In this document: piece by piece, positions 42,005 to 52,055 of the stretch
How the letters are laid out: each line of letters opens with the position of its first letter
Position numbering within the stretch: position 1 is the stretch's first letter
Assembly (NCBI GenBank): GCA_039794085.1
Contig: JBDIWC010000002.1
Coordinates: forward strand, 32,001-96,000
DNA length: 64,000 bases
Source of the DNA: Gemmatimonadales bacterium
Lineage (GTDB): Bacteria > Gemmatimonadota > Gemmatimonadetes > Gemmatimonadales > GWC2-71-9
Direction of reading: 5' to 3'
The notes under the pieces: model-generated
The model's input: the letters and a program-made list of their open reading frames with translations, nothing else
The model's database searches: none
What the model was told of the DNA's origin: nothing
Translations under genes and position numbers: made by a program

Positions 42005-43375
42005 CTACAGGCCGAGTAGCCGCCGGATGTCGTTGGAGAAGGCCAGAACCATCAACGCCAGGATAAGCGCCAGGCCCACCATGGTCAGCCGTTCGCGGAG
42101 CTTGAGGGAGAGGGGGCGGCGCAGGACCGCCTCGCCGAGGAGAAAGAGAAACTGTCCCCCGTCCAGCACCGGAATCGGAAGCAGGTTCAGAACCGCCAGG
42201 TTGACCGAGATGACCGCCATGAACGCGAGGAAGGGTTCGAACCCCGCCCGGGCGGTCTGGGCGGCGAGCTGACCTATCAGGATGGGACCGCCGACGTCGC
42301 GGCTCGACACCCGGCCGAAGAGCATCCCGCGCACCGAGCGGACGATCTGGGTCGACCAGTTGGCCGTTTCCCGCCACCCCCCGGCCAGGGCCTGGGCCAG
42401 GGTCACCGGATCGCGACGGGTCGGGCTGGCCAGGACCACCCCGATGATGCCCCGGGCCCTCCCGTCCGCCAGGGTGTCGGTGGGCGAGGCGTCGGGCACG
42501 AGGGTGACCCGCACACTGTCCCCGCTCCGGGACACGGTCACGGTCAGCGAGTCTCCAGCGCGCTCCCCAAGGAGTCCCACCACCTCGGCCCACTGCGGGG
42601 TCGCCACACTGTCCACGGCCAGAATGGTATCCCCGGGCTGCAACCCGGCACGGTCGGCGGGGCCGCCCTCCACGAGTTGTCCGATGACCGGCGTGAGATA
42701 CGGCTGGAGCGCCACCGCGGCCCGGATGCGCTGATCCAGCGCGTCCTGGTGGATGGCCAGCACGACGGGGTCCCGTCCGGCCACCCCGAGCACCACGCTA
42801 TCCCCAGCCGAGCGCTGGATTCCCTCCTGGATGTCGTTCCAGCTCGACACCGGTCGCCCATTGACGGTGGTGATGCTGTCACCGGGAGTGAGGGTGCGCA
42901 ATCCCTCGGCTTCCGGCGGCAGGGCCTCCTCAGTCAGCGCGCCGAAGCGCGTCACCGGGGTCACCGCCTCGCCGTTCCGATAGAGCAGCGCGGAGAAGAC
43001 CAGCCAGGCGAAGAGCGCGTTCATGGTCACGCCAGCCAGGATGACGATCATCCGCACCCAGACCGGCTTGGCCTCGAACACCTGGTCGGGTGGAATGGTG
43101 GCGGCGCTGGCTTCGCCCTCGAGCGCCCCCATCGCCGCATCCTCCTCGCGGCTCGCCATCTTCACATAGCCCCCCAGCGGGAGCCAGGAGATGGAGTATT
43201 CGGTTCCGCCTCGCGTAATGGTCAGCCATCGGATCGGGGCCCCGATGCCAAGGGAAAACCGGTGGACATGGATTCCGGCGGCCTTGGCGGCGAGGAAATG
43301 CCCCGCCTCGTGAATGAACACGAGGACGCCGAGCACCACGATCAGGGAGAGAATGGTGAACAGGGCGCCACTCAT
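42005..43375 (-). CDS. rseP: RIP metalloprotease RseP
   Basis: HEAGH, PLGGYVKM, two PDZ domains, NLLPIPVLDGG. Confidence 0.96.
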   Translation of the reverse strand: MSGALFTILSLIVVLGVLVFIHEAGHFLAAKAAGIHVHRFSLGIGAPIRWLTITRGGTEYSISWLPLGGYVKMASREEDAAMGALEGEASAATIPPDQVFEAKPVWVRMIVILAGVTMNALFAWLVFSALLYRNGEAVTPVTRFGALTEEALPPEAEGLRTLTPGDSITTVNGRPVSSWNDIQEGIQRSAGDSVVLGVAGRDPVVLAIHQDALDQRIRAAVALQPYLTPVIGQLVEGGPADRAGLQPGDTILAVDSVATPQWAEVVGLLGERAGDSLTVTVSRSGDSVRVTLVPDASPTDTLADGRARGIIGVVLASPTRRDPVTLAQALAGGWRETANWSTQIVRSVRGMLFGRVSSRDVGGPILIGQLAAQTARAGFEPFLAFMAVISVNLAVLNLLPIPVLDGGQFLFLLGEAVLRRPLSLKLRERLTMVGLALILALMVLAFSNDIRRLLGL

Positions 43376-44475
43376 GACCGACGCTCCGCCCGGTGCGTGG
43401 CCTCGGCGCGGGCCCAGCGATCGGCCTCCTGTACCACGCTGACACTCCCGGCGGGAACAGGCACATGGTCGGACAGCACGGCGTCGATCACCTCGGCGAT
43501 CCCTCCGAAGGGGAGCGCACCGTCGAGAAAATGCGCCACGGCCACTTCATTCGCCGCGTTGAACACCGCGGGGGCCGTTCCTCCCGCGCGCCCGGCGGCC
43601 ACTCCGAGATCGAAGGCGGGAAAGGCGTCCCGCCGAACGGCTTCGAACGTCAGGCCGGACGCGGCGACGGGGTCGAATCGCCGGGGGCCCGCATCCGCGA
43701 TGCGCTCAGGCCAGGTCAGGGCATACATGATGGGAAGCTCCATGCTCGGGAAACTCATCTGGCTGAGGACGTTGCCGTCCACGAACTCCACCAGGGCATG
43801 GACGATACTCTGGGGGTGGACCACCACATCGAGCTGGTCATAGCCCAGCCCGAACAGAAAATGCGCTTCGATGATCTCCAGCGCCTTGTTGGCGAGCGTG
43901 GCGCTGTCGATAGTGATCTTCCGTCCCATGCTCCAGGTGGGGTGACAGAGCGCCTCGGCCACGGTGGCCCGGGCCACCCGTTCCAGATCCCAGGTGCGAA
44001 AGGGCCCCCCCGACGCCGTCAGGATGAGCCGGGACACGTGCTGAGTGCATCCTCGCTCCAGGCATTGCAGCACGGCGCTGTGCTCGGAATCGACCGGAAC
44101 GAGGACCCCGCCTCCCCGGCGGGCGGCGTCGAGGACCAGGTCGCCGCCGGCCACCAGCGACTCCTTGTTGGCCAGGGCCACCCTCTTGCCCGCGGCAAGT
44201 GCCGCCAGCGTTGCATCCAGGCCCGCAAATCCGACCACCGCGTTGACGACCACGTCCACGTCGGGGTGGGTGGCCGCGGCCAGGAGAAGCTCGCGGCCCT
44301 CGGAGGCCAACCCGGAGAGAGCGGGAGACCAGCGGCGGGCCAGGGCGTCCAGCGCGTCGCGGTTTCGGCCGGCCGTGAGGGCCACCACGCGATAGCGGTC
44401 CGGATGCCGATCGAGGACCGCCAGGGTGCTCGCCCCGATCGATCCGGTGCAGCCGAGGATCGCGACCCCGAGCAT
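43372..44475 (-). CDS. dxr: 1-deoxy-D-xylulose-5-phosphate reductoisomerase
   Basis: LGCTGSIG, LANKESLV, PVDSEH, HPTWSMGRKITIDSAT. Confidence 0.97.
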   Translation of the reverse strand: MLGVAILGCTGSIGASTLAVLDRHPDRYRVVALTAGRNRDALDALARRWSPALSGLASEGRELLLAAATHPDVDVVVNAVVGFAGLDATLAALAAGKRVALANKESLVAGGDLVLDAARRGGGVLVPVDSEHSAVLQCLERGCTQHVSRLILTASGGPFRTWDLERVARATVAEALCHPTWSMGRKITIDSATLANKALEIIEAHFLFGLGYDQLDVVVHPQSIVHALVEFVDGNVLSQMSFPSMELPIMYALTWPERIADAGPRRFDPVAASGLTFEAVRRDAFPAFDLGVAAGRAGGTAPAVFNAANEVAVAHFLDGALPFGGIAEVIDAVLSDHVPVPAGSVSVVQEADRWARAEATHRAERRS

Positions 44476-45338
44476 CAGAGGGTTCCGAAGGTCCGGAGCA
44501 GCCCCCAGGCAACCGGGATGGCAAAGTAGAGGGAGTCGAACCGATCGAGGACTCCACCATGTCCCGGGATGAGGGCACTGGAGTCCTTCACCCCCGCTTC
44601 CCGCTTGAAGAGCGACTCGACCAGGTCTCCGAGCTGGGCCACGACGCTCACCGCGAGACCGAGGATGAGGAGCTCCGAGGCGTGGATATGGACACCGGCC
44701 GGTCCCAGGAGGTGCAGCATGGCGAGGGCGGCGATCACTCCTCCGATCAGGCCCGCCACTCCGCCCGCCCGGGTCTTCCCCGGGCTCACCGTGGGAGCGA
44801 GCTTGGGCCCGCCCATCGCCTTCCCCGCCGCCATCGCGGCGCTGTCGCAGATCCAGGTGATCACGAGGGGAAGGAGGGCGAGCCACGCTCCGGCCCAGGA
44901 CATGGTCCCATGACCGGCGTGCCGGAGCAGGAGGAGGGTGGCCGGGAGTACGCCGCAGTAGGTCACACCCAGAACGGTGATGGCGGCCGCCGCGAGGGGT
45001 CTGCTGCCGGGCGGGCGAACCGCGAGTGTGGCCACGAGGACCACCAGGAGCCACCCCAGCGCCAGCAGGGGCCAGCCGGCCCGGAGGCCGCTGCCCAGTG
45101 CACCGGGCTGCACCGCCATCCACATGAGAGGTGCGACGGCGGCGGCCCCACTCATTCCCACCACGGTCAGTGCCTTCACCCCGGTGCGGTTGGCCAGGTC
45201 GAACAGTTCCCGGATTCCGAGGGCACCGACCGCGGCGAGGAGGAGGGCCAGGGGGATCCCGCCGTACCAGAGAATCACAACGGCGGCTGGGATGGCGACA
45301 GCCGCCACTCCCAGGCGCTGGGTCAGGTTGCTCGCCAT
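44475..45338 (-). CDS. cdsA: Phosphatidate cytidylyltransferase
   Basis: SPGKT, GDLVESLFKREAGVKDSSALIPGHGGVLDRFDS. Confidence 0.96.
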   Translation of the reverse strand: MASNLTQRLGVAAVAIPAAVVILWYGGIPLALLLAAVGALGIRELFDLANRTGVKALTVVGMSGAAAVAPLMWMAVQPGALGSGLRAGWPLLALGWLLVVLVATLAVRPPGSRPLAAAAITVLGVTYCGVLPATLLLLRHAGHGTMSWAGAWLALLPLVITWICDSAAMAAGKAMGGPKLAPTVSPGKTRAGGVAGLIGGVIAALAMLHLLGPAGVHIHASELLILGLAVSVVAQLGDLVESLFKREAGVKDSSALIPGHGGVLDRFDSLYFAIPVAWGLLRTFGTL

Positions 45339-45348
45339 GAGTCGTCTC

Positions 45349-46095
45349 CTACCGGGACACGCGCCCGAAGCGGCGATCGCGCTGTTGGTAATCGTGGATG
45401 GCCTGGTAGAGGTGTTCCCTCGTGAAGTCGGGCCAGAGGACGGGAGTCACGTGGAACTCGGCGTAGGCCAGTTGCCACAGAAGAAAATTGGACAGACGGT
45501 ACTCCCCCGACGTGCGAATCAAGAGGTCGGGATCGGGCCAGGAGGCTGTGTAGAGTTCTCGTGCCACCGCCGCCTCGTCAATGGCTTCGACGATCATCTC
45601 GCCGGCATGCACCCGGGCCGCCAGGCGCCGGGCCGCCCGCGCAATCTCGGCGCGGGCCCCGTAGGACACGCAGAGATTGAGGGCGAGTGCGGTTCCACTC
45701 GCGGTTTCGCGCATGAGATGCTCGGCGGCCGAGCGGGCGGAGGGGGAGAGCCGATCGAGCTCTCCCAGGAAGCGCACGGCCACACCCTGGGCGGCGAGTT
45801 CGGCCGCTTCGCGGGCGATATACTCTTCGAGCAGCTGCATCAGGGCGTCGATCTCGGGGGCGGGTCGTTGCCAGTTCTCCTGGCTGAAGGCGAAGAGGGT
45901 CAGTACCTGCACCCCAGCCTGGAGTCCTCCCTCCACCACCTCGCGCACGGCCGCCATCCCGGCCTGGTGGCCTGCGGGCCGGGGCAGGTTGCGGGCCTGG
46001 GCCCAGCGCCCGTTTCCATCCATGATGATGGCGATGTGTGCCGGAACCGCGCCGTGGACCCGGACGGCGGTAAGCGAGTCAATGGAGCCGGTCAC
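45349..46095 (-). CDS. uppS: Undecaprenyl diphosphate synthase
   Basis: HIAIIMDGNGRWA, FSQENW, IRTSGEYRLSNFLLWQ, RRFG. Confidence 0.97.
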   Translation of the reverse strand: MTGSIDSLTAVRVHGAVPAHIAIIMDGNGRWAQARNLPRPAGHQAGMAAVREVVEGGLQAGVQVLTLFAFSQENWQRPAPEIDALMQLLEEYIAREAAELAAQGVAVRFLGELDRLSPSARSAAEHLMRETASGTALALNLCVSYGARAEIARAARRLAARVHAGEMIVEAIDEAAVARELYTASWPDPDLLIRTSGEYRLSNFLLWQLAYAEFHVTPVLWPDFTREHLYQAIHDYQQRDRRFGRVSR

Positions 46096-46646
46096 ACTTC
46101 CATGATCTCCGCTTCCTTCGCCGCGACCATCTCCTCGATCTGGCGGATGTGATCGTCGGTGAGCTTCTGGATCTCCTTCTCCGCCCGGGTCTTGTCATCC
46201 TCCGGCACCTTCTCGAGCTTTCGGATCCGGCTCAGATTCTCGGTCCGGTGATGTCGCACACCAATACGACCCTCTTCCGCCACCTTGTGCAGGAGGCGCA
46301 CCAGATCCTTCCGCCGTTCCTCGGTGAGCGGGGGGAGCGGAATGCGCAGAAGGTTTCCGGCCGTGGCCGGATTGAGGCCGAGCCCCGAACTCATGATGGC
46401 CTTTTCCACGGCGGTGACGAGGGACTGGTCGAATACCTGCACGGTCAACAGTCGGGCTTCGGGAGCGGCCACCAGTCCGACCTGATTGAGCGGAACGGTC
46501 GAGCCATACGCCTCGACTTTGACCAGGTCGAGAAGGCTGGTGGTGGCCTTGCCACTCCGGATGCCGGAGAACTCCCGGCGGGTGTTCTCGACCGTTTTAT
46601 GCATGCCGTCCTTGGCATGTGCCAGGTATTCCGCAATGGTAGTCAT
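46092..46646 (-). CDS. frr: Ribosome recycling factor
   Basis: [29 protein letters not shown]. Confidence 0.97.
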   Translation of the reverse strand: MTTIAEYLAHAKDGMHKTVENTRREFSGIRSGKATTSLLDLVKVEAYGSTVPLNQVGLVAAPEARLLTVQVFDQSLVTAVEKAIMSSGLGLNPATAGNLLRIPLPPLTEERRKDLVRLLHKVAEEGRIGVRHHRTENLSRIRKLEKVPEDDKTRAEKEIQKLTDDHIRQIEEMVAAKEAEIMEV

Positions 46647-47353
46647 CGGACGAGGGTCCCCACCCGGTCGCCGTGGAGGATCCGGGCCACGGCCCCGGGC
46701 TGCTGGATGTTGAAGACAACGATCGGCAGATTGTTGGCCTTGCAGAGACCAAAGGCGTTCGCATCCATGACCGCGTAGCCGCGCACCAGGGCCTCCTGAA
46801 ACGAGAGGTCGGGTATGAAGGTCGCGGTGGGGTCGGTCTTCGGATCTCCGGTGTAGACCCCATCCACAGACGTGGCCTTGAGGATCACCTCAGCCTCGAT
46901 CTCCAGGGCCCGCAACACGGCGGCGGTATCGGTGGAGAAGAACGGGTTCCCCGTGCCTGCGGCAAAGATAACCAACCGGCCCTTTTCCAGGTGCCGGAGG
47001 GCCCGTCGCCGGATGTACGGCTCGGCGAGGGACTCCATCCGGATGGCCGTCATCACCCGGGTCTGCACCCCGATTCGTTCCAGGACATCCTGGAGCGCCA
47101 GAGCGTTGATCACCGTGGCCAGCATGCCCATGTAGTCCGCGGACACGCGGTCGAGTCCCTCCTGGCTCGCCACTGTTCCGCGCACGATGTTGCCCCCGCC
47201 CACCACCAGGCCCAGGTGCACCCCAAGGGCATGGACGCCCTTGATCTCCTCGGCGAGTCGTTCCACCACGCCGAAGTCGAGGCCGACCCCCTTGCCTCCG
47301 GCAAGGGCCTCCCCGGAAATCTTGAGCAGGGCACGGCGGTAAATCAGCCCCAT
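46643..47353 (-). CDS. pyrH: UMP kinase
   Basis: [35 protein letters not shown]. Confidence 0.98.
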   Translation of the reverse strand: MGLIYRRALLKISGEALAGGKGVGLDFGVVERLAEEIKGVHALGVHLGLVVGGGNIVRGTVASQEGLDRVSADYMGMLATVINALALQDVLERIGVQTRVMTAIRMESLAEPYIRRRALRHLEKGRLVIFAAGTGNPFFSTDTAAVLRALEIEAEVILKATSVDGVYTGDPKTDPTATFIPDLSFQEALVRGYAVMDANAFGLCKANNLPIVVFNIQQPGAVARILHGDRVGTLVR

Positions 47354-48222
47354 CAGGACTCCCCGATGCGGACCCGGACGAACCGAACGACCGTCAGATC
47401 ACCGCCCGCCGCCTTCGCCGCGGCCGCCACGACCTGGCCCACGGAGGTCTTGTCGTCCTTCACGAAGGGCTGTTCGAGCAGAGCGCGCTCGGAGAGGAAT
47501 TTCCGCACCTTCCCGTCGACGATCTTGGAACGGACCGCCTCAGGCTTCCCCTCGGCCGTCACCTGCTCCTCGGCGATGCGCCGTTCCCGGTCCACGAGGT
47601 CGGCCGCGATGTCCTCGGGGCGAACCGCCACGGGATCCGCGGACGCGACGTGCATGGCCAATTCCCGCGCCAGAGCCTGGCCCTCGGGGGTCCGCGCCCC
47701 GGCCCCCGACACCTCCACGAGAACGCCCACCTGCCGGTTGTGGTGCAGGTACTGCCCCACGGTCCCGGCGACCGGAGCGAAAGTCGCCGCCATGCTCAGG
47801 TTCACCGCCTCTCCCGTCGTGCCGGACATCCGTTGCACGAGATCCGCCACCGTGTCGGTCCCCCCCTCTTCGGCCGGAGCCGCGAGCAAGGCCGGGGCGT
47901 CCTCGGCCTTCACCGCGGCAGCCCGGGAGGCGAGACGGGCGGCGAGCGCCACGAAGTCATCGGTGCGAGCCACGAAGTCGGTTTCGCAGGTCAGGCAGAT
48001 GATCGAAGCCCGGGATCCATCCGGGGCAGCTTCGATGTTCACCAGCCCCTGGGTGGTGGACCGGCCGACCCTCTTCTCCGCCTTGGCGATGCCCTTGGCC
48101 CGCAGCAGTTCGGCGGCACGCTCCATGTCACCCTCGGCCTCGTCGAGGGCCTTCTTGCAATCCATCATCCCGGCACTGGTCCGGGCGCGCAGTTCACTGA
48201 TGTCCTTGGTCGAGATCGCCAT
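47353..48222 (-). CDS. tsf: Elongation factor Ts
   Basis: [32 protein letters not shown]. Confidence 0.97.
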   Translation of the reverse strand: MAISTKDISELRARTSAGMMDCKKALDEAEGDMERAAELLRAKGIAKAEKRVGRSTTQGLVNIEAAPDGSRASIICLTCETDFVARTDDFVALAARLASRAAAVKAEDAPALLAAPAEEGGTDTVADLVQRMSGTTGEAVNLSMAATFAPVAGTVGQYLHHNRQVGVLVEVSGAGARTPEGQALARELAMHVASADPVAVRPEDIAADLVDRERRIAEEQVTAEGKPEAVRSKIVDGKVRKFLSERALLEQPFVKDDKTSVGQVVAAAAKAAGGDLTVVRFVRVRIGES

Positions 48223-48348
48223 GGTCTTCTTCTCTGGGTAGGTGGTGCATGATTCGGGGTCCCGGCCTCTACCCGGGGCCCCTTAGAACGACCGCCGCCT
48301 TCGGCCGGAACCGTTGGCGGCGGGAACGGGCCGGTGTGAAACCGTCCC

Positions 48349-49239
48349 TCAGGCGCTGGCGTCGCCGCTCGACGCCGGTTCAACCTCCGCGGTCTCGCCG
48401 CCGTCTCCCTTGAGGCGGGCCGCAATCGCTTCGGGCTTGGGCCGCCGCTTGCGGGTGGGTCGGCGACGGCGCCGATCGGCATCGGGATCCCCTTCGGTGC
48501 CGGTGTCGGTGCTGTAGGTTTCGGCATCGGCGTCCTCCACACCCTCGCGGGTGGGGGCGGCCATCCGGGCCTCCCGAATCACCTCACCGAGCGCGCGCGT
48601 GATGAGGGACACGGACCGGATCGCGTCGTCGTTGCCGGGGATCGGAACCGTGATCGGATCGGGATCGGCATTGGTGTCCACGATGGCCACGACCGGAATC
48701 CCGAGCTTGTTCGCCTCCTGGATCGCGATCTTCTCCTTCCGAGCATCCACCACAAAGAGCGCACCCGGGAGGCGACCCATCTGCTTGAGCCCCTCCAGGT
48801 TGCGGAGCAGCTTGACCCGCTCCCGCTCGAACAGCAGGCGCTCCTTCTTGGTGTAGTTCTCGAATCCGCCCTCGTCGGTTCCCTGTTCCAGGTCCTTGAG
48901 ACGCCGGATCTGCTTCTTGATGGTCTGGAAGTTGGTGAGGGTTCCGCCCAGCCACCGTTCGGTGACCCAGAACGCGCCCGCGTGATCGGCCTCCCCCTGG
49001 ACCAGCGCCTTGAGCTGCTTCTTGGTGCAGACGAACAGGATCCCTTCGCCGCGTGTGATCACGGAGCGGAGCAGTTCCTGCGCCTTCTGGATTTGCCGGA
49101 GCGTCTTCTGAAGGTCGATGATGTAGATCCCGGAGCGTTCCGCAAAGATGAAACGGCGCATCTTCGGGTTCCACCGGCGGGTCTGATGGCCGAAATGGAC
49201 TCCGGCTTCGAGGAGGTCCTGCACCTGGGGCTGTGCCAT
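48349..49239 (-). CDS. rpsB: 30S ribosomal protein S2
   Basis: LLEAGVHFGHQTRRWNPKM, RWLGGTLTN, PGNDDAIRS. Confidence 0.98.
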   Translation of the reverse strand: MAQPQVQDLLEAGVHFGHQTRRWNPKMRRFIFAERSGIYIIDLQKTLRQIQKAQELLRSVITRGEGILFVCTKKQLKALVQGEADHAGAFWVTERWLGGTLTNFQTIKKQIRRLKDLEQGTDEGGFENYTKKERLLFERERVKLLRNLEGLKQMGRLPGALFVVDARKEKIAIQEANKLGIPVVAIVDTNADPDPITVPIPGNDDAIRSVSLITRALGEVIREARMAAPTREGVEDADAETYSTDTGTEGDPDADRRRRRPTRKRRPKPEAIAARLKGDGGETAEVEPASSGDASA

Positions 49240-49385
49240 GCGTTCCGTGTCGTCCTTCTACCGAGAGGGTTGGTCGTCCACCGCCTTCGTCCCGAGGCCC
49301 GACCCCCGCGGGGGCACCCAGACCGCGATCCAGCGATGTACCGAGTGCGGCAGGCGGCACCATGCCCCCTGCCGTGCAGGATGAA
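49240..49385 (-). promoter_or_regulatory. Probable structured rpsB leader (S2 autoregulation)
   Basis: 146-nt GC-rich intergenic region with hairpins before rpsB; inferred from position, no covariance model run. Confidence 0.35.
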
Positions 49386-49787
49386 CTACCGCTTCGAGAA
49401 CTGGAAGCGCTTCCGGGCTCCTGGCCGACCCGGCTTTTTCCGCTCCACCGCCCGGGGATCCCGGGTGAGGAGTCCCGCGGCCCGGAGCTTGGTCCGGTGC
49501 ATCGCATCGGCCTCGACCAGCGCACGCGCGATGGCGTGGCGCAGCGCCCCGGCCTGACCGCTCACACCCCCTCCGTCGAGATGGGCCTTGACGTCGAATG
49601 CGCCGAGCGTGTCGGTGGCCGTGAAGGACTGCTGAATGTGCTGCACCAGGGAGGGGCGGGGGAAATAGTCCCCGAGGGTCCGTCCATTCACATCCCATCT
49701 GCCGCTGCCCGGTGTCAGGTAGACCCGTGCCACGGAAGTTTTCCGCCGGCCTATGGCCTGCCACCGGAACGCGGATTCGTCACTCAT
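49386..49787 (-). CDS. rpsI: 30S ribosomal protein S9
   Basis: GRRKTSVARV, GGGVSGQAGA, ERKKPG...QFSKR. Confidence 0.98.
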   Translation of the reverse strand: MSDESAFRWQAIGRRKTSVARVYLTPGSGRWDVNGRTLGDYFPRPSLVQHIQQSFTATDTLGAFDVKAHLDGGGVSGQAGALRHAIARALVEADAMHRTKLRAAGLLTRDPRAVERKKPGRPGARKRFQFSKR

Positions 49788-50227
49788 GCGGTCACCTCGA
49801 GGCTGAACGTCTTCGGTTGCTGGGCCTGGTGCGGGTGCTGGTCCCCGCCATACACCTTGAGCTTGCCCCTCAGTTTCTGGCGGGCCAGGGAGGTCTTGGG
49901 CAGCATCCCGAACACCGCCTTTTCGATCACCCGGTCGGGGTGAGATGCGAGGAGGTTGCGTGCGGGCGTGTGCCGCTCATGCCCCATGTACCCGGTGTGC
50001 TTGAAATATGTTTTCTGGTCGAGCTTCCGGCCCGTCAGGTGAACCTTCGAGGCGTTGATGACCACCACGAAATCCCCACCGTCCATGTGGGGGGTGTACG
50101 TGGGCTTGTGTTTCCCGCGAATAAGCTGGGCCACCACACTCGCGAGGCGCCCGAGGGGCACATCGGTGGCATCCACCAGATGCCATTCGTGGGTCTGGTC
50201 CTGCGGCTTGGCCGAAAATGTCTTCAT
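49784..50227 (-). CDS. rplM: 50S ribosomal protein L13
   Basis: WHLVDA, LGRLAS, GKHKPTYTPH, GMLPK, HQAQQP. Confidence 0.98.
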   Translation of the reverse strand: MKTFSAKPQDQTHEWHLVDATDVPLGRLASVVAQLIRGKHKPTYTPHMDGGDFVVVINASKVHLTGRKLDQKTYFKHTGYMGHERHTPARNLLASHPDRVIEKAVFGMLPKTSLARQKLRGKLKVYGGDQHPHQAQQPKTFSLEVTA

Positions 50228-50287
50228 GTGACCGCGGTCCGTCTTGAGCGTTTGACCTTCTGATCCCGGTTTCGGGAATAGCTTTGC

Positions 50288-50317
50288 AAAATATCCCCGG
50301 ATAAGTGGTTAGGTCAA
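50288..50317 (-). promoter_or_regulatory. rplM operon promoter
   Basis: Minus strand TTGACC-N18-TATTTT; the -35 overlaps the upstream gene's stop codon. Confidence 0.55.
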
Positions 50318-50826
50318 GCCCCGCCAGAGGCCTCGAACTCGATCAGGGGGGCCCCCTTCTCCACCGCCTGGCCCGGGGTCACCAGGACCCGGGCCACGAC
50401 GGCGGTCCCGCGGGCCTTGATTTCATTCTCCATCTTCATCGCCTCCAGCACCAGGAGCCCGTCCCCGGTTCCCACCGTGTCTCCCACCGCCACTTGGACC
50501 CGCAGCACCAGACCCGGCATGGGAGCCACAATGCGGGACGGCCCGGCCTGCGCCTTGCTGACCCCGAGCAAACTGCGAATGTGCCGGGTCCGTTCGTCAA
50601 GCACCTCCACCTCGATGTCTTCTCCCCGATCCTGGAGGCGCCACCGCCCCCGGCCCACGCCCTCCAAGGGGAAAACCCCGGACGCCCCACCCACCACCAG
50701 GTGAACCAGCGGCGTTCCCGGGATCCGGCGAAGGGTGGCCATCACGACCCGATCTCCGATCCGGACGGTGTCACCATCGACTTCCACTTCCACCGCCGTG
50801 CCCCCGACTGTCACATGGTATTTCAT
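50314..50826 (-). CDS. Biotin carboxyl carrier protein (acyl-CoA carboxylase)
   Basis: APMPG, LEAMKMENEI biotinylation motif. Confidence 0.93.
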   Translation of the reverse strand: MKYHVTVGGTAVEVEVDGDTVRIGDRVVMATLRRIPGTPLVHLVVGGASGVFPLEGVGRGRWRLQDRGEDIEVEVLDERTRHIRSLLGVSKAQAGPSRIVAPMPGLVLRVQVAVGDTVGTGDGLLVLEAMKMENEIKARGTAVVARVLVTPGQAVEKGAPLIEFEASGGA

Positions 50827-52055
50827 CGCCGCTCCAGGATCACAGCCACCTCGACGTGGGCCGTTTGGGGAAAGAGGTCGAAGGCCTGCACGGCCGACAC
50901 CCCGTAGCGGTCGCCCAGGTGCCTCAGATCCCGCGCCAGGGTGGCGGGATCACAGGAGATGTATGCCATCCTCCGGGCCCCCGAGGCCCCCAGCCCCGCG
51001 CACACCGCCGGCGTGAGCCCGGTTCGGGGAGGGTTGACCAGCACGCCGTGCGGAGGGGCCAGCCGAGAGATCCACTCTTCGACGCTCCCAACATGACGGC
51101 GGACCCCCGCGATGCCGGAGCGGGAGGCCAGAGCCACGGCCTCCCGGTCCCGCTCCACGCTCTCCACCGCGGCGCCCTTTCGGGCCAGGCGATCGGTCAT
51201 TTCCCCGGTACCGGCATAGAGATCCCACCAGGATTGCCCGGCCTCCGGGGCAAGCCGTTCCATCACCCAACGGCGGATGGTCTCGGCCATGGCGGGATGG
51301 ACCTGCTCGAAGACCATCGCGGAGGACGGGCCCGCCGCCCCTGCCATCGGGACACTCTCGCCTCCGCGGGCTTCGCTCCAGAAGGTGGCCTCCTGTCCCC
51401 AGGACGCCAATTTCCCCTGGATCTCGACCACAGGCGCGGGGTCCGGATGCCCGGAACCGTCGACATGGAGCACACAGTGCATCCCCCCCCCCGCGTCCAC
51501 CCGGAGGGTCAAACGGGTCACCGAGGCAGGAAGAGTGGCCGCGAGAGGCGACAGCTCTTCCCAGAGGGCGTTGAGTTCCTCCCGCGCGATGAGGCAGTAC
51601 CGCAGCGGGAAAACCTCGCCGGGGCGTTCGGCCTGGTGAAAGCCGAAGGTTCCGTTCCTGCACCGGTGCAGAGTGATCCGGGTCCGGTATCCCCAGGGAG
51701 ATTCGGCGGCACAGAGAGGGGGATCCTCCAGGGCGAGCTTCCCGATCCGCCGGAGTGCGTCTCCCACGATCCTTTTCCGGGCCTCCTGCTGGGCCGGTTC
51801 GGCCAGGTGCTGGAGCTGGCACCCCCCACATCCGTCCTTCCGAAGGTGGTCGCAGGGGACCTCGATCCGTCCCGGTCCCGGTTCCACCACCCGCCCTGGC
51901 CAGGCCCGGGCAAACCGCGCGGAGAGACGAATATCCCGCGGTTCCACCAGGTCGCCCGGGGCCGTGGCGGGGATGAACACGACCCGGCCATCGGTCAGGT
52001 GTCCCACCCCATCCCCCCCGGCGGCGACCCGCTCGATCCGGACGGCGGGAATCAC
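50823..52055 (-). CDS. rlmD: RNA m5U methyltransferase, RlmD/TrmA family
   Basis: TRAM-like N-terminus, C...CGGCQLQH Fe-S motif, DLYAGTG, NPPRTG, YISCDPATLARD, DLFPQTAHVE. Confidence 0.88.
   Translation of the reverse strand: MIPAVRIERVAAGGDGVGHLTDGRVVFIPATAPGDLVEPRDIRLSARFARAWPGRVVEPGPGRIEVPCDHLRKDGCGGCQLQHLAEPAQQEARKRIVGDALRRIGKLALEDPPLCAAESPWGYRTRITLHRCRNGTFGFHQAERPGEVFPLRYCLIAREELNALWEELSPLAATLPASVTRLTLRVDAGGGMHCVLHVDGSGHPDPAPVVEIQGKLASWGQEATFWSEARGGESVPMAGAAGPSSAMVFEQVHPAMAETIRRWVMERLAPEAGQSWWDLYAGTGEMTDRLARKGAAVESVERDREAVALASRSGIAGVRRHVGSVEEWISRLAPPHGVLVNPPRTGLTPAVCAGLGASGARRMAYISCDPATLARDLRHLGDRYGVSAVQAFDLFPQTAHVEVAVILERR

Noticed and set aside
51483..51492. C10 run in rlmD (also C9 in pccB, C8 in hisS) as phase-variation tracts
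   Set aside because: Short, in frame, encoding Gly runs in housekeeping genes; expected in high-GC DNA.
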